DNA of 64,000 nt from a virus, in IMG/VR virus record IMGVR_UViG_3300023212_000371, positions 121,051-185,050 of that record. The stretch is one strand, 5' to 3'. Of the stretch, positions 8,883 to 18,829 are shown in pieces. Under the pieces are notes generated by a model. The model was not told the origin of the DNA. It worked only from the letters and a program-made list of their open reading frames with translations, and did no database searches. The position numbers and the translations under genes were made by a program. Position 1 is the stretch's first letter, and each line of letters begins with the position of its first letter.

Positions 8883-9995
8883 ATGGCTATTAGATTAAGT
8901 AATACAACCATTGATCAAAAATTATATGGTTATAGCATTCGACGCCTTGATGATTGTAGCAACGCTAAAATAACTGATAAAGTAATGTGGTCGTGTTTAA
9001 ATTGCGGACATGCATGGAAAACAACTATACGCAAAATTGTGTGGAAAGAAACGGGTTGTCCCCAATGCGCCGGTAATATTAAATTATCTAATGCAATAAT
9101 TGATCAAAGATTAATTAATAGAGACATTCGAAGAATTGGTGATTATGTTAATGCTAATAGTAAGATTGAATGGCAATGTTTAAATTGTAAATATATGTGG
9201 ATCACAACACCCAGAAGTGTTGTGGATCTTAAAACTGGATGTCCATTTTGTGCAGGCAATTTACGATTAACAAATCAAATAATTGATCAGAAATTAATTG
9301 GGCGGAATATCCAAAGAATTGAAAATTATAATGGCGCTCATTTAAAAATACTTTGGAATTGCATGACTTGTAATTATGAGTGGAGCGCAACACCTGGCCA
9401 CATTCTTAATGGTGGTCGTGGGTGTCCTCGATGTGCTAATAATATTCGCTTGACCAACGAAATAATAGATCAAAGATTGATTAATAGGTCAATCAAGAGG
9501 ATCGGCGAATATTATAACTCCTGCACCAAAATTGACTGGCAATGTTTGACATGTATGCATCGCTGGAAAGCGTTGCCACCTAATGTTGTTAGTCTCGAAA
9601 AGGGATGTCCAAAATGTAGTACCATAGGTATCAATGAAGCGTTAATGATCAGTATTTTTCATCAATATAATTTAGAATTTGAACCCCATTATTCTATTAG
9701 AAATATAGATAATGTAGAGCGCAATCTTATTTTTGATACCTATTTCCCTCTAATAAAATTGGCCATTGAATATAATGGAAAACAACATTATATTCCAACA
9801 GGGTTTTTCAATAGTGATAATCCTGAAGAAGAGTTTAAAAAACAGCAAGAAAGAGATGAATATAAAAGATTATTCTGTAAGAGAAATTCAATCCAATTAA
9901 TAGAAATTGATGGTAGAAAATTCTACAATGAAAGACTCAAAAAGTATCTAATATATGATGTGGTGCCCATGATAAAGGAAATGGGTATTAAATGA
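8883..9995 (+). CDS. Zn-ribbon repeat protein with C-terminal PD-(D/E)xK-like endonuclease (putative homing endonuclease)
   Basis: Four W-x-C-xx-C...GCP-x-C repeats; FDTYFPLIKLAIEYNGKQH. Confidence 0.75.
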   Translation: MAIRLSNTTIDQKLYGYSIRRLDDCSNAKITDKVMWSCLNCGHAWKTTIRKIVWKETGCPQCAGNIKLSNAIIDQRLINRDIRRIGDYVNANSKIEWQCLNCKYMWITTPRSVVDLKTGCPFCAGNLRLTNQIIDQKLIGRNIQRIENYNGAHLKILWNCMTCNYEWSATPGHILNGGRGCPRCANNIRLTNEIIDQRLINRSIKRIGEYYNSCTKIDWQCLTCMHRWKALPPNVVSLEKGCPKCSTIGINEALMISIFHQYNLEFEPHYSIRNIDNVERNLIFDTYFPLIKLAIEYNGKQHYIPTGFFNSDNPEEEFKKQQERDEYKRLFCKRNSIQLIEIDGRKFYNERLKKYLIYDVVPMIKEMGIK

Positions 9996-10879
9996 GCATC
10001 AAACCACCATTCCCTTACTTTGGTTCAAAACGACAAGTTGCCGACACAATTTGGCAGGGTTTGGGACAGATTTCCAACTATGTAGAACCCTTTGCAGGAA
10101 GTTTAGCGGTCTTATTGGCCAATTCATCAATTCCCAAAATCGAAACTGTTAATGACAAAAATTGCTTTGTCTCTAATTTCTGGCGAGCTGTCTCTAATAA
10201 TCCCGACACTATTATTCAGTATGCTGATTACCCTATTCATGAAGATACTTTGCATGCTCGCCATCAATGGTTAGTTTCTTCTGCAACAGATGAGTTCCGC
10301 AAAAAGATGAATTCAGATCCTAACTATTATGATGCCAAAATCGCAGGATATTGGATATGGGGTATGGGAGCCTCTATTGGTAATAATTGGCTTAACACAA
10401 AAGGATTAAAAGCTACTCCATTATTATCTTCAGCTGGTGGCGGTATTCATGGTCTTACATACAATATTAGGGAACAATTCAATATACTTCAAAAACGATT
10501 GCGGCGGGTCAGAGTATGTTGCGGCGATTGGAAGAAAATTTTAACGCCATCTATTACTTATTCTAATAAGGGGCTAGCATCCAAAGATATTACAGCGGTC
10601 TTTTTAGACCCACCATATATTCAACTGGGTCGCGACCAAGTCTATCAAGAGGATAATGACGTCTTCAAGAATGTAGTGAATTGGGCTATTGAGAATGGCG
10701 ATAATCCTCGAATGAGAATTGCTGTTTGTGGATATGAAGGAGATCATGGCTTCCCCAATACTTGGCGAGAGTATGCTTGGAAAGCAAATGGTGGAATGGG
10801 TAATCTAGGAAACGATCGTGGCAAGGATAATGCTAATAGAGAAAAAATATGGTTTAGTTCTAATTGTCTCGAAGTTTAA
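9992..10879 (+). CDS. DNA adenine methyltransferase (D12/Dam class)
   Basis: PFPYFGSK, YVEPFAG, FLDPPY. Confidence 0.85.
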   Translation: MSIKPPFPYFGSKRQVADTIWQGLGQISNYVEPFAGSLAVLLANSSIPKIETVNDKNCFVSNFWRAVSNNPDTIIQYADYPIHEDTLHARHQWLVSSATDEFRKKMNSDPNYYDAKIAGYWIWGMGASIGNNWLNTKGLKATPLLSSAGGGIHGLTYNIREQFNILQKRLRRVRVCCGDWKKILTPSITYSNKGLASKDITAVFLDPPYIQLGRDQVYQEDNDVFKNVVNWAIENGDNPRMRIAVCGYEGDHGFPNTWREYAWKANGGMGNLGNDRGKDNANREKIWFSSNCLEV

Positions 10880-11463
10880 TGTTCGTATTGAATAATTACT
10901 TCTTCTAATTTCTGACCTATGTGATCTAATGTATTGGCAATGGCTTTTTGCCCGCCCTCTTTAGTTTCTTGTTGTAGATTTACAATTTCAGCAATCATCT
11001 CTGTTAATAGGACGATGGGATTGGGGGCGCCCCACAAAAGTTGTTTAATACTTTTTCGCAAATTATAGAGACGAGGCACTATTCTTTCAAAACTTGATAA
11101 TTTGGTCGGATCAATGTTCCTACTAAGATTGGTTTTAGTATCAGCAATCTGTTGTCGAAGTTTTACAGATAATCCTTCCAATGTATTCGAGCGCATCTGT
11201 TGTTTTTTCTGCTCCCATTTCTTCTCTTCAAGTTGTTGTAGTTTTTCAGGATCCACGCGCTCATACCATTTACGCTGACGTTCTTTCAATCCTTCGCGGT
11301 GTTTTTCCATTGCTTCAGGATTTGTTTTACGAATCTCTTGTTCAATGAGGTAGCGTTCTTTTCTTTTGGCAGGATCTTCCACCAATCCAAGATCCAATGC
11401 TTCGTTCTCAAAATCAGTAGCGAGCCTCAATAGATAATCAACGTACCCCATAAGAACATACAA
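10876..11463 (-). CDS. Hypothetical helical protein, paralog of 7582-8862
   Basis: ORF; shared RQxxWYxR motif; N-terminal LLRLATDFE. Confidence 0.65.
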   Translation of the reverse strand: MYVLMGYVDYLLRLATDFENEALDLGLVEDPAKRKERYLIEQEIRKTNPEAMEKHREGLKERQRKWYERVDPEKLQQLEEKKWEQKKQQMRSNTLEGLSVKLRQQIADTKTNLSRNIDPTKLSSFERIVPRLYNLRKSIKQLLWGAPNPIVLLTEMIAEIVNLQQETKEGGQKAIANTLDHIGQKLEEVIIQYEH

Positions 11464-11492
11464 TTTTATTCACGAGCACCAAAGGAAGCTAT

Positions 11493-12674
11493 ATGCAAGT
11501 CATTTACTACGATGATAATATGCCATACAAATTTAGTAAAAGTCTATTTCTAGCCGGCCCTTCACTTCGCGCTGGACAAGAAGGCACTTCGTGGCGCAAA
11601 GATGCCCTTCAAATTTTACAGGACATTGGATACGACGGAATTGTATTTTGTCCTGAGACTCGCGATGGTGTTTTTGATGAAAACGTAGATCATGAGAAAA
11701 TCATTGGTTGGGAAGATCAGTATCTCAATATTGCTGATGTTATTGTTTTTTGGGTGCCAAGAGATCTTTCTTTTGATAAGAATGGCACGCTTAAATTACC
11801 GGGTTTAACTACTAACGTAGAATTTGGGCGTTACGAAAATTCTGGCAAAATCGTTTTTGGTGCTCCCGAAGATGCAGAAAAGGTTTCTTATCTAAAGCAT
11901 TATGCAGAAAAATATAGCGTGCCTGTCTGTTCTACTCTCACAGAAACACTGGAAGTTGCTTTGAAAAGAATTGGTGAGGGAGCAGAACGGTCTCTCGGAG
12001 AACGTTATATTCCCCTTCATCTTTGGAATAATTCTTCCTTTCAAGACTGGTATCAATCCCAGACAAAAGCAGGTAATCGTTTAGAAACTGCTCAACTTCT
12101 TTATACTTTCCGTCCAAACCATAAAGATATATTTCTTTGGATATTGAAAGTAAATGTTTGGATCAATTCCGAGCAACGTTTTAAAAGCAACGAATTTGTC
12201 CTATCAAGAAGTGATATTAGTTCTGTTTTGATGTGGAAGCCTCACGAAGATTTAATGCAATCCGAAATTGTTTTGGTGCGAGAGTTCCGATCTCCTGCTG
12301 TTACGGAGGACGGGTTTATCCATGAACTTCCCTCGGGTTCTTCTCGAAAAGATATGGAACCAAAGGAGAATGCTCTTCATGAAATTCAAGAAGAAACGGG
12401 AATTGTTATTGATCAAAGCCGCCTTCAATTTCATGAAGCTCGACAATTAGCTGGGACTCTTTCCGCTCATAAGTCGCATCTCTATTCTGTGAAATTAACC
12501 GAAGAAGAAATAAGTTGGCTCAAATCTCAAAAGAACGTTTCTCGAGGTGTTGAAAAAGATAGTGAAAAAACGTGGATTGAAGTGATGGAGTTGCGCGATA
12601 TTTTGAAAAATGAGTTCGTGGATTGGAGCAATTTGGGAGAAATTTTGTCGGTAGTATTTGCCCTAAGAAATTAA
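11493..12674 (+). CDS. Nucleoside 2-deoxyribosyltransferase-like domain fused to NUDIX hydrolase
   Basis: N-terminal FLAGPS...SWR...WE...VFW...TNVEFG; C-terminal Nudix box PSGS...E...ALHEIQEETG. Confidence 0.75.
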   Translation: MQVIYYDDNMPYKFSKSLFLAGPSLRAGQEGTSWRKDALQILQDIGYDGIVFCPETRDGVFDENVDHEKIIGWEDQYLNIADVIVFWVPRDLSFDKNGTLKLPGLTTNVEFGRYENSGKIVFGAPEDAEKVSYLKHYAEKYSVPVCSTLTETLEVALKRIGEGAERSLGERYIPLHLWNNSSFQDWYQSQTKAGNRLETAQLLYTFRPNHKDIFLWILKVNVWINSEQRFKSNEFVLSRSDISSVLMWKPHEDLMQSEIVLVREFRSPAVTEDGFIHELPSGSSRKDMEPKENALHEIQEETGIVIDQSRLQFHEARQLAGTLSAHKSHLYSVKLTEEEISWLKSQKNVSRGVEKDSEKTWIEVMELRDILKNEFVDWSNLGEILSVVFALRN

Positions 12675-13007
12675 ATGTTTAAATCTCAAGATTATATATA
12701 TTTGGGGTATGATTCAAAAACAGATCAATTTCGATACGAAACCACTATCGTGGATGATGATTTTACTGAAATAGTTATCGCTGCCGCCTCCGCTGATGCT
12801 ATAAGAGCCGTTGTACGAGCCGCTGTCTTGATCGATGTTTATTCTCGAAGAAATCTCAACGTAGCTGGTAACTTAGCGTTATTAATGCAATACGTAGAAA
12901 ATAAGTTATGGATGGATATTAAACAGCAAATTGAAGAGTATCAGAAATTTGTTCCCGCATATCCAAAATACCATGACCAAGTGATGGACTATCTAATATT
13001 TATGTGA
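12675..13007 (+). CDS. ~110-aa multicopy family protein, copy 1
   Basis: MF...VDDDFxE-[variable]-LIDVYSRRNLNVAGNL...YHDQVMDYLIFM. Confidence 0.8.
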   Translation: MFKSQDYIYLGYDSKTDQFRYETTIVDDDFTEIVIAAASADAIRAVVRAAVLIDVYSRRNLNVAGNLALLMQYVENKLWMDIKQQIEEYQKFVPAYPKYHDQVMDYLIFM

Positions 13008-13237
13008 GGATCATAAACGCATTTTTCAGCATCTTGATATGCTGGACGATGACAATCTAATTGGCACTGAAAGAAAGTTTTTATTTAAGTGTGAAGATTG
13101 TGAAATGATTGTAAGTGCATCCTTTTCTACTGAAGAAGATTTTATAAAGATTGCTGAAAATTTATTAGATCTTACATGCCAATGTGAAGGAATTATGAAA
13201 GTTTTACGAGATTAATTATTAAAAAATTGAGGTAAAT

Positions 13238-13954
13238 ATGAAAGGCGCCATTTACGTTTCTAAATCAGAGAACGCAAAAATTGCAGGCTCCAATCCCATT
13301 GATTGCACTTATGTTTCTATTAAACGAAGTTGCCCCGACACTTGCTCACTACGAGATAATAAAACGTGTTATGCGGAAAATGGGCATGTGGGTTTTACCG
13401 TTCAAAAGTTAGATCATCGGGCTCGTGGATTGTCAGCATTGCAAGTAGCTAGGGCGGAAGCCAAAGCCATTGATGATGCTTATAAAGGGAAAGAATTTCC
13501 TAAAGGCAGAAATTTGCGCCTTCATGTTTCGGGAGATAGTCGCACCATTAAAGGTACTAGATTGCTTAACAAAGCTATTCAACGCTGGAAACAGCGCGGT
13601 GGCGGTAGTTGTTGGTCCTATACTCATGCTTGGAAACGGGTACCGAGAATAGAATGGAAAGATGTCAGTATCTTGGCTTCCATCGAACGAGTAGAAGAAG
13701 CATTGGAAGCCCGAAAACAAGGATACGCTCCCGCTTTAGTAGTGCCAGAACATATTAGTGATAAGTCCTATAAACTGCCCAATTCAGAAATCAAATGGAT
13801 ACCTTGCGTAGCACAAACAAGAAACATACCATGTTCTGATTGTAAATTATGTTTTAATGCAGATAGGTTGTTTGAGGGTGGATTTGGAATTACATTTGCG
13901 GTGCATGGGGCAAGAAAAAATTCTTTGAAAAGACATTTACAGGTTCTTCAATGA
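13238..13954 (+). CDS. Cys-rich phage protein, possibly Fe-S or Zn binding
   Basis: CPDTC...CYA, RLHVSGD, WSYTHAW, C...CSDCKLC. Confidence 0.6.
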   Translation: MKGAIYVSKSENAKIAGSNPIDCTYVSIKRSCPDTCSLRDNKTCYAENGHVGFTVQKLDHRARGLSALQVARAEAKAIDDAYKGKEFPKGRNLRLHVSGDSRTIKGTRLLNKAIQRWKQRGGGSCWSYTHAWKRVPRIEWKDVSILASIERVEEALEARKQGYAPALVVPEHISDKSYKLPNSEIKWIPCVAQTRNIPCSDCKLCFNADRLFEGGFGITFAVHGARKNSLKRHLQVLQ

Positions 13955-14072
13955 GATGTATATTAATGATGATTATGTGTTCTGGATGTTATACGTTTAG
14001 TTATAGCGAGAACCGATGTGTTCGTTCAGGCTATTATGAAATGAGTGATGGCAAAATGGTTCCTATGTATCG

Positions 14073-14336
14073 ATGCACTTCAACAGGCGATATATGACTA
14101 TCATTCAGTGGCAAGTTTGTATTTCTGATTGGAGTCTGGATGCCAAGCATTATACGAAACCGATCCCAGACACTGGAAAGATTGATCATCGAACTGTTCG
14201 GGCAAAAACATTCGATACAGAACGAGAAGCTATTAAATATGCAGAGAAATATCTAAAAGATCGAGAAGACATTGAATGGTTAGCTAGTTTAGAGGTTAAG
14301 AAATGCACGACGGAAATAATCAAAAAATTGAAATAA
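14073..14336 (+). CDS. Hypothetical protein
   Basis: ORF. Confidence 0.45.
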   Translation: MHFNRRYMTIIQWQVCISDWSLDAKHYTKPIPDTGKIDHRTVRAKTFDTEREAIKYAEKYLKDREDIEWLASLEVKKCTTEIIKKLK

Positions 14337-15685
14337 ATATAAGAACTAAAGAAGAACGAAATAGCCTACGAGAAGATATGTTTTTAGAACGTAACGGCAT
14401 GCGTGGCGCTCCTAAAATGGAACTTGCGCTTAGTAATGCTCTTGATCTTCTTGACGAGAAGGACAAGAAAATCGCAGCTTCGAATTTCAAATTAGCTCAT
14501 CTCGAAAGTGTATTGCGGGCAATTAGTCAGTGGGATATGATCAATCCGCCGAACCCAGATACATTGGCAGACGGCACATGGTTGCGGTCACTCATTGATG
14601 AAGCGTCCAATGTTCTCAGTGATAATGCTGATGAAATCGCCGCTTTGAAAGAAGATCTAGCCGATGATGTTGCATACGAGAGGCGCATTAGTGAGTTGTC
14701 GGATGCTCTTTTGCGAAAAACTTTGAAAGAAAAATGGAATCTTCTTTGGGGCCCGGAACTAGAAGATCTAGGAGCGGTTTTCGATCGTTTGCACGTCCGT
14801 ATCGCTAAGCTCGAAGCTGATCTCAAAACAAAAGCAGATGAGATTGCAGCCCATGATGGCTTGTGTGACGCTATAGGCGCACAACCGTATCTTTTGGCGC
14901 GCATCAAGCAGCTCGAAAGTGTATTGGAAAAGGCGGACGTCATCCGTGATTTAGTGCTCGAAGCTGCACCCTTGACGTGGGCAGTTGGCACGCAGTTCGA
15001 AGAACATGCGTATTGTTGGGAGAAAGAAATCACGAGCGCTAACGAAGCATATGACCAAGTCCGCGCCTTCGAGCGGAAGACTACGGAGGGGCACACAGGG
15101 AATCCTAAGGCGGTCACTAGGAAAGAACCTGAGTCTGTTCCATCACCGTACATGGAACCCTCTCGTCCGGCAGAGGCTCCATCAGAGCCGGGCTCCCTTC
15201 GGGGAAAGAATGTGTGCCCGACATGTAGTCGCACCATCGGCAGTATCGGACACCTTTATAGCGAATGTGAACGGGACTTCGAGCGCGCAGAGGGACAAGA
15301 CGGCGAGATCAAGGCGGGGCAGCAAGAGCCCGAGTCCGTTCCACAAAGATCCCTCTCGCCACGCAATACGCACGATTTCCTCGCACGCATCGTTTGGGAC
15401 AAAAGTGAGCAGGAATGGCAGCTCTACGCTTTTCGAGATAGCGGCGATTACGCATGGTTGTCCCCAGACGAAGATCACCAAGAAATTATATGCATATTTT
15501 CGACCAGCGCAGGACACACTTCGTACAAAAAGTTTTCGGATGCATTGAAGGCGGTGCGTGATTGGATTTTTTCAAGAGACCGATGCGTTGATCATGCAGC
15601 CGCCGGAAAAGTATCATCAGCCGATAATCGTACTAGCATTGCCGTTGAGGGTCATGGAGATGAATGGAAATATACGGGCGATTAA
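14303..15685 (+). CDS. Coiled-coil hypothetical protein in a GC-rich segment
   Basis: Long ORF with heptad-like N-half and duplicated EPESVP motif; start uncertain. Confidence 0.6.
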   Translation: MHDGNNQKIEINIRTKEERNSLREDMFLERNGMRGAPKMELALSNALDLLDEKDKKIAASNFKLAHLESVLRAISQWDMINPPNPDTLADGTWLRSLIDEASNVLSDNADEIAALKEDLADDVAYERRISELSDALLRKTLKEKWNLLWGPELEDLGAVFDRLHVRIAKLEADLKTKADEIAAHDGLCDAIGAQPYLLARIKQLESVLEKADVIRDLVLEAAPLTWAVGTQFEEHAYCWEKEITSANEAYDQVRAFERKTTEGHTGNPKAVTRKEPESVPSPYMEPSRPAEAPSEPGSLRGKNVCPTCSRTIGSIGHLYSECERDFERAEGQDGEIKAGQQEPESVPQRSLSPRNTHDFLARIVWDKSEQEWQLYAFRDSGDYAWLSPDEDHQEIICIFSTSAGHTSYKKFSDALKAVRDWIFSRDRCVDHAAAGKVSSADNRTSIAVEGHGDEWKYTGD

Positions 15686-15707
15686 TTTTACAGAATAAAG
15701 GTGCAAT

Positions 15708-16166
15708 ATGACAGATACATCAATTTGTGAGTATCCATTAAATACCGGTGACGATGGATTTAGCATCGATGGAGTAATGTGTGGCCAACCAGCAACATGG
15801 ATTTCGTGCATTCCATTTTCGAACACGCCCACTTGTGATGCACATAAGTGTCGATGCAGAAAACCTATTGATATACAGTCAAATAGAAATAATACAGAAC
15901 CGGAAAAATCTCAACAGCTTGTCGATGCATTTTCAAAAAAGTATCCCGCGCTAGGCGAATCCATTGCGATTATTCTTCATTTTGCTCGCGAACAAACGAT
16001 TGAGGAATGTGCCAAAATTTGCGACACGAAAGAGGCAGAGGAGTGCAATCTTATTAATTATCATGGATCGGTTGCGCTAGACGCTCAGGGCATAGAGCAT
16101 CGGACAGCATCGAATTGTGCAGGATCTCTTGCTCGTCAAATCCGTGCGCTAAAGAATAGTAAATGA
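15708..16166 (+). CDS. Hypothetical protein
   Basis: ORF with ATGA overlap to next gene. Confidence 0.55.
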   Translation: MTDTSICEYPLNTGDDGFSIDGVMCGQPATWISCIPFSNTPTCDAHKCRCRKPIDIQSNRNNTEPEKSQQLVDAFSKKYPALGESIAIILHFAREQTIEECAKICDTKEAEECNLINYHGSVALDAQGIEHRTASNCAGSLARQIRALKNSK

Positions 16167-16402
16167 TATGGTTTGTTTATATTCTCAAATGCGCCGATAA
16201 TTCTTATTATTGCGGAATTACTAATGACCTTGACAAACGTCTCAAAGCGCATAATAATGGAACTGCCAGCAAATATACACGAGGCAGATTGCCCGTTAAA
16301 TTTGTTAAAATTTGGGCAGTAACAAACAAATCTGCCGCCCTGAAATTAGAAGCCAAAATTAAAAAGTTGCCCAAGAATAAAAAACTTTCTTTTATCATCT
16401 GA
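16163..16402 (+). CDS. Small GIY-YIG nuclease (UPF0213-like)
   Basis: WFVYILKCADNSYYCGITNDLDKRLKAHN...SKYTRGR. Confidence 0.85.
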   Translation: MIWFVYILKCADNSYYCGITNDLDKRLKAHNNGTASKYTRGRLPVKFVKIWAVTNKSAALKLEAKIKKLPKNKKLSFII

Positions 16403-16441
16403 TATAGAGAACCTATCAACACAACCAAAAGGAAAATTAAC

Positions 16442-17122
16442 ATGAATGACAATCTAACAGCAATTGCAGTAATTCTCGATCAATCGGGCTCTATGGGCAG
16501 CGTTTGCACCGACACTATCGGTGGCTTTAATAACTTTTTAACAGAACAGAAAAAGTTAGACGGGAAAGCCTTTCTTACATTATGCACTTTTTCCGATACT
16601 TATCAGTTGGTGCATAATTATGTTCCATTGAATGATGTTCCCGAATTAACTACAGAAACGTATAGTCCGAGTGGATGGACAGCGCTTTTGGATGCGGTAG
16701 GAGCAACCGTAAATAGTCTCAAAAAGAAAATTGCTTCTATGCAAGAAGCAGATCAGCCAAAGAAGGTTGTTTTCGTGATTTTGACCGACGGACAAGAAAA
16801 TGCGAGTGTCGAATACAAGCGTGCTCAGATCAAGAGTATGTTGGAAGAACAACAAAGTAAGCATAATTGGCAAATAATTTTTCTTGGCGCAAATTTTGAT
16901 AGTTTCGCAGAAGGGGCAAGTATTGGTGTTGCGGGTAGTAGTTTTAATTATACCTCCAATTCCCGTGGAACTCAAAGAACTTACAGCGCCATTTCCGATT
17001 CAATCGGAGCTTATCGTTTTTCCAAATCAGCTTCTATGGATATGAATGCTTTTGCGGATTTGGACAAGGATAATCTGGCAGGAGCATCTATGATTATTCC
17101 GAAGGGCAAAGATACTAAATGA
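16442..17122 (+). CDS. von Willebrand factor A domain protein
   Basis: MIDAS DQSGSM, TALLDA, ILTDGQEN. Confidence 0.85.
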   Translation: MNDNLTAIAVILDQSGSMGSVCTDTIGGFNNFLTEQKKLDGKAFLTLCTFSDTYQLVHNYVPLNDVPELTTETYSPSGWTALLDAVGATVNSLKKKIASMQEADQPKKVVFVILTDGQENASVEYKRAQIKSMLEEQQSKHNWQIIFLGANFDSFAEGASIGVAGSSFNYTSNSRGTQRTYSAISDSIGAYRFSKSASMDMNAFADLDKDNLAGASMIIPKGKDTK

Positions 17123-17565
17123 GGATTATTAAAACTGTTAATAAAGCAGTTGAAGAAACTGATAATATATTTTGTAACAAATGTGGTAAATCTTGCTATA
17201 GCGAGGTTGCTTATGGTGGATTGATTGGAGCCAAAGTGAAAGGTGGATATTGTTCTAAATTCATCGGAGACGGCGACAATTATCAATTCGACATTTGCGA
17301 AAAATGTTTTAAAGAATATGCTGACACTTTTGTTATACCAGCAAAGGTAGGTAATTTTTATTTTCCCGAAGAAGCAGAACAAGCTCAAAAAGATGTGCAA
17401 GCTTCTCTCAATCAACTCAAAAATGCTCTTCAAGAGACGGCAGAAACCATTAAAGATCGTTTGGGAATTAATGAGGGATTTGTTAAGTTTGACGACAGCT
17501 TGGAAAATAATAAAGAAAAAGTTAAACAGATAGTGATGGGTTGGTTGGAAAAGGACAAGAAATAA
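17119..17565 (+). CDS. Hypothetical Zn-finger protein
   Basis: CNKCG...CEKC; ATGA overlap. Confidence 0.55.
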   Translation: MRIIKTVNKAVEETDNIFCNKCGKSCYSEVAYGGLIGAKVKGGYCSKFIGDGDNYQFDICEKCFKEYADTFVIPAKVGNFYFPEEAEQAQKDVQASLNQLKNALQETAETIKDRLGINEGFVKFDDSLENNKEKVKQIVMGWLEKDKK

Positions 17566-17570
17566 AAATC

Positions 17571-17888
17571 ATGATTTCTTCTTTAATTGAAGGTATTAAA
17601 TTCAATATCAAAAAATATGATTATATTTTGATTTTTCAAGCCACCACCCCGGTGATGGGTTTCGATGAGGAAAAGAAGACTCAATATAAATATGATCTGG
17701 TAATGTCAGATTTAACTTTGTATGCCAGCACTTCTCAAATGCAAATGGAAACGGCTCTGTGTCATTGGGGGCGAGCCTATGTCAGCGAAGACGGTGTTAA
17801 AGTATTGATTGGGGTAATTCGAGATCATTTCAAGAATTTGCCAATAAAAGATTTGGCGGATGTAACGAAGACAGTAATTAGTAATTGA
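17571..17888 (+). CDS. Hypothetical protein
   Basis: ORF; ATG 17571 preferred. Confidence 0.5.
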   Translation: MISSLIEGIKFNIKKYDYILIFQATTPVMGFDEEKKTQYKYDLVMSDLTLYASTSQMQMETALCHWGRAYVSEDGVKVLIGVIRDHFKNLPIKDLADVTKTVISN

Positions 17889-17968
17889 CAAGTGGTGAAG
17901 TGTGGATATGAAAGGTGTGGGTCTAGTACTAGTCCCCGGTAGTTTTAGTTAGAAGAACATCGTCAATT

Positions 17969-17988
17969 ATTGCTCAGTTCGCTGAGAC
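17969..17988. repeat. Dispersed 20-bp hairpin, copy 1
   Basis: ATTGCTCAG-TTCG-CTGAGAC. Confidence 0.8.
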
Positions 17989-18063
17989 TCTGCTGGACTT
18001 GGGTATTCTATGATACAGTAGAATTTTTTTATTGGGGGTGGGTACTATTATAGATCGCGTAAT

Positions 18064-18402
18064 ATGTTTCGATCTTGCAGTATTACATCCAGATCTAACA
18101 TACCTGTAATTAGTCAAGAGAGACCGAATTATGAGTATGAAGTTACTATCGTGGATGATGATTTTTTTGAAACCAAAACTGTTTTTGCCAACGTCGCTAC
18201 TGAGGCAGCCGCCATCGCATTGATCGATATTTACTCTCAAAAAAATCTCAACGTAGCTGGCAATCTAGCGTTGTTGATGCGATATGTAGAACATAATTTT
18301 CCAGCGTTAGATATTAACTTGCAAATCAGGGCATACCAAAATAATATTCCTGAATATTCAAAATACCATGATCAAGTAATGGGTTATCTGGTGTTTTTAT
18401 GA
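18064..18402 (+). CDS. ~110-aa multicopy family protein, copy 2
   Basis: Conserved DDDF, LIDIYSQKNLNVAGNL, YHDQVMGYLVFL. Confidence 0.8.
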   Translation: MFRSCSITSRSNIPVISQERPNYEYEVTIVDDDFFETKTVFANVATEAAAIALIDIYSQKNLNVAGNLALLMRYVEHNFPALDINLQIRAYQNNIPEYSKYHDQVMGYLVFL

Positions 18403-18426
18403 AAGTTATTAGATATTAGTAAAAAA

Positions 18427-18756
18427 ATGTTTCGATCTTTTAATTATAAATACTTTGGATATAACGGTGAAAAACTTCATCGATATCAAGTTATCATTGT
18501 GGATGATGATTTTATTGAAACTGCCACCGTGTTTGCCGTCGCTCCCGGAAGCATCGCCACTGAAGCCGCTGCCCTGATCGATATTTATTCTCGAAGAAAT
18601 CTTAATGTGGCTAGTAACTTGGCACTGTTGATGCAATATACAGAACATGTATGTCCATGGATAGATATTAAGTGGCAAATCGAGTGTTATCAAAAAGAAA
18701 TTCCTGAATACCAGAAATACCACGATCAAATAATGGATTATTTAATATTTTTGTGA
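18427..18756 (+). CDS. ~110-aa multicopy family protein, copy 3
   Basis: Conserved DDDF, LIDIYSRRNLNVASNL, YHDQIMDYLIFL. Confidence 0.8.
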   Translation: MFRSFNYKYFGYNGEKLHRYQVIIVDDDFIETATVFAVAPGSIATEAAALIDIYSRRNLNVASNLALLMQYTEHVCPWIDIKWQIECYQKEIPEYQKYHDQIMDYLIFL

Positions 18757-18778
18757 AGCGCGATATGGCAAACAAGCC

Positions 18779-18807
18779 TTGACAGTTTTCTTGTTGGGTG
18801 TTATATA
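18779..18807 (+). promoter_or_regulatory. Sigma70-like promoter
   Basis: TTGACA-17 nt-TATATA, 22 nt upstream of ATG 18830. Confidence 0.7.
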
Positions 18808-18829
18808 GATGTTCATGAGGGCAAGATAA

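Noticed and set aside
14527-15548. Long antisense and alternative-frame ORFs (14527-15237 minus, 14985-15548 plus) as real genes
   Set aside because: They overlap a longer coherent ORF in a GC-rich patch where stop codons are scarce, and show no motifs or RBS.
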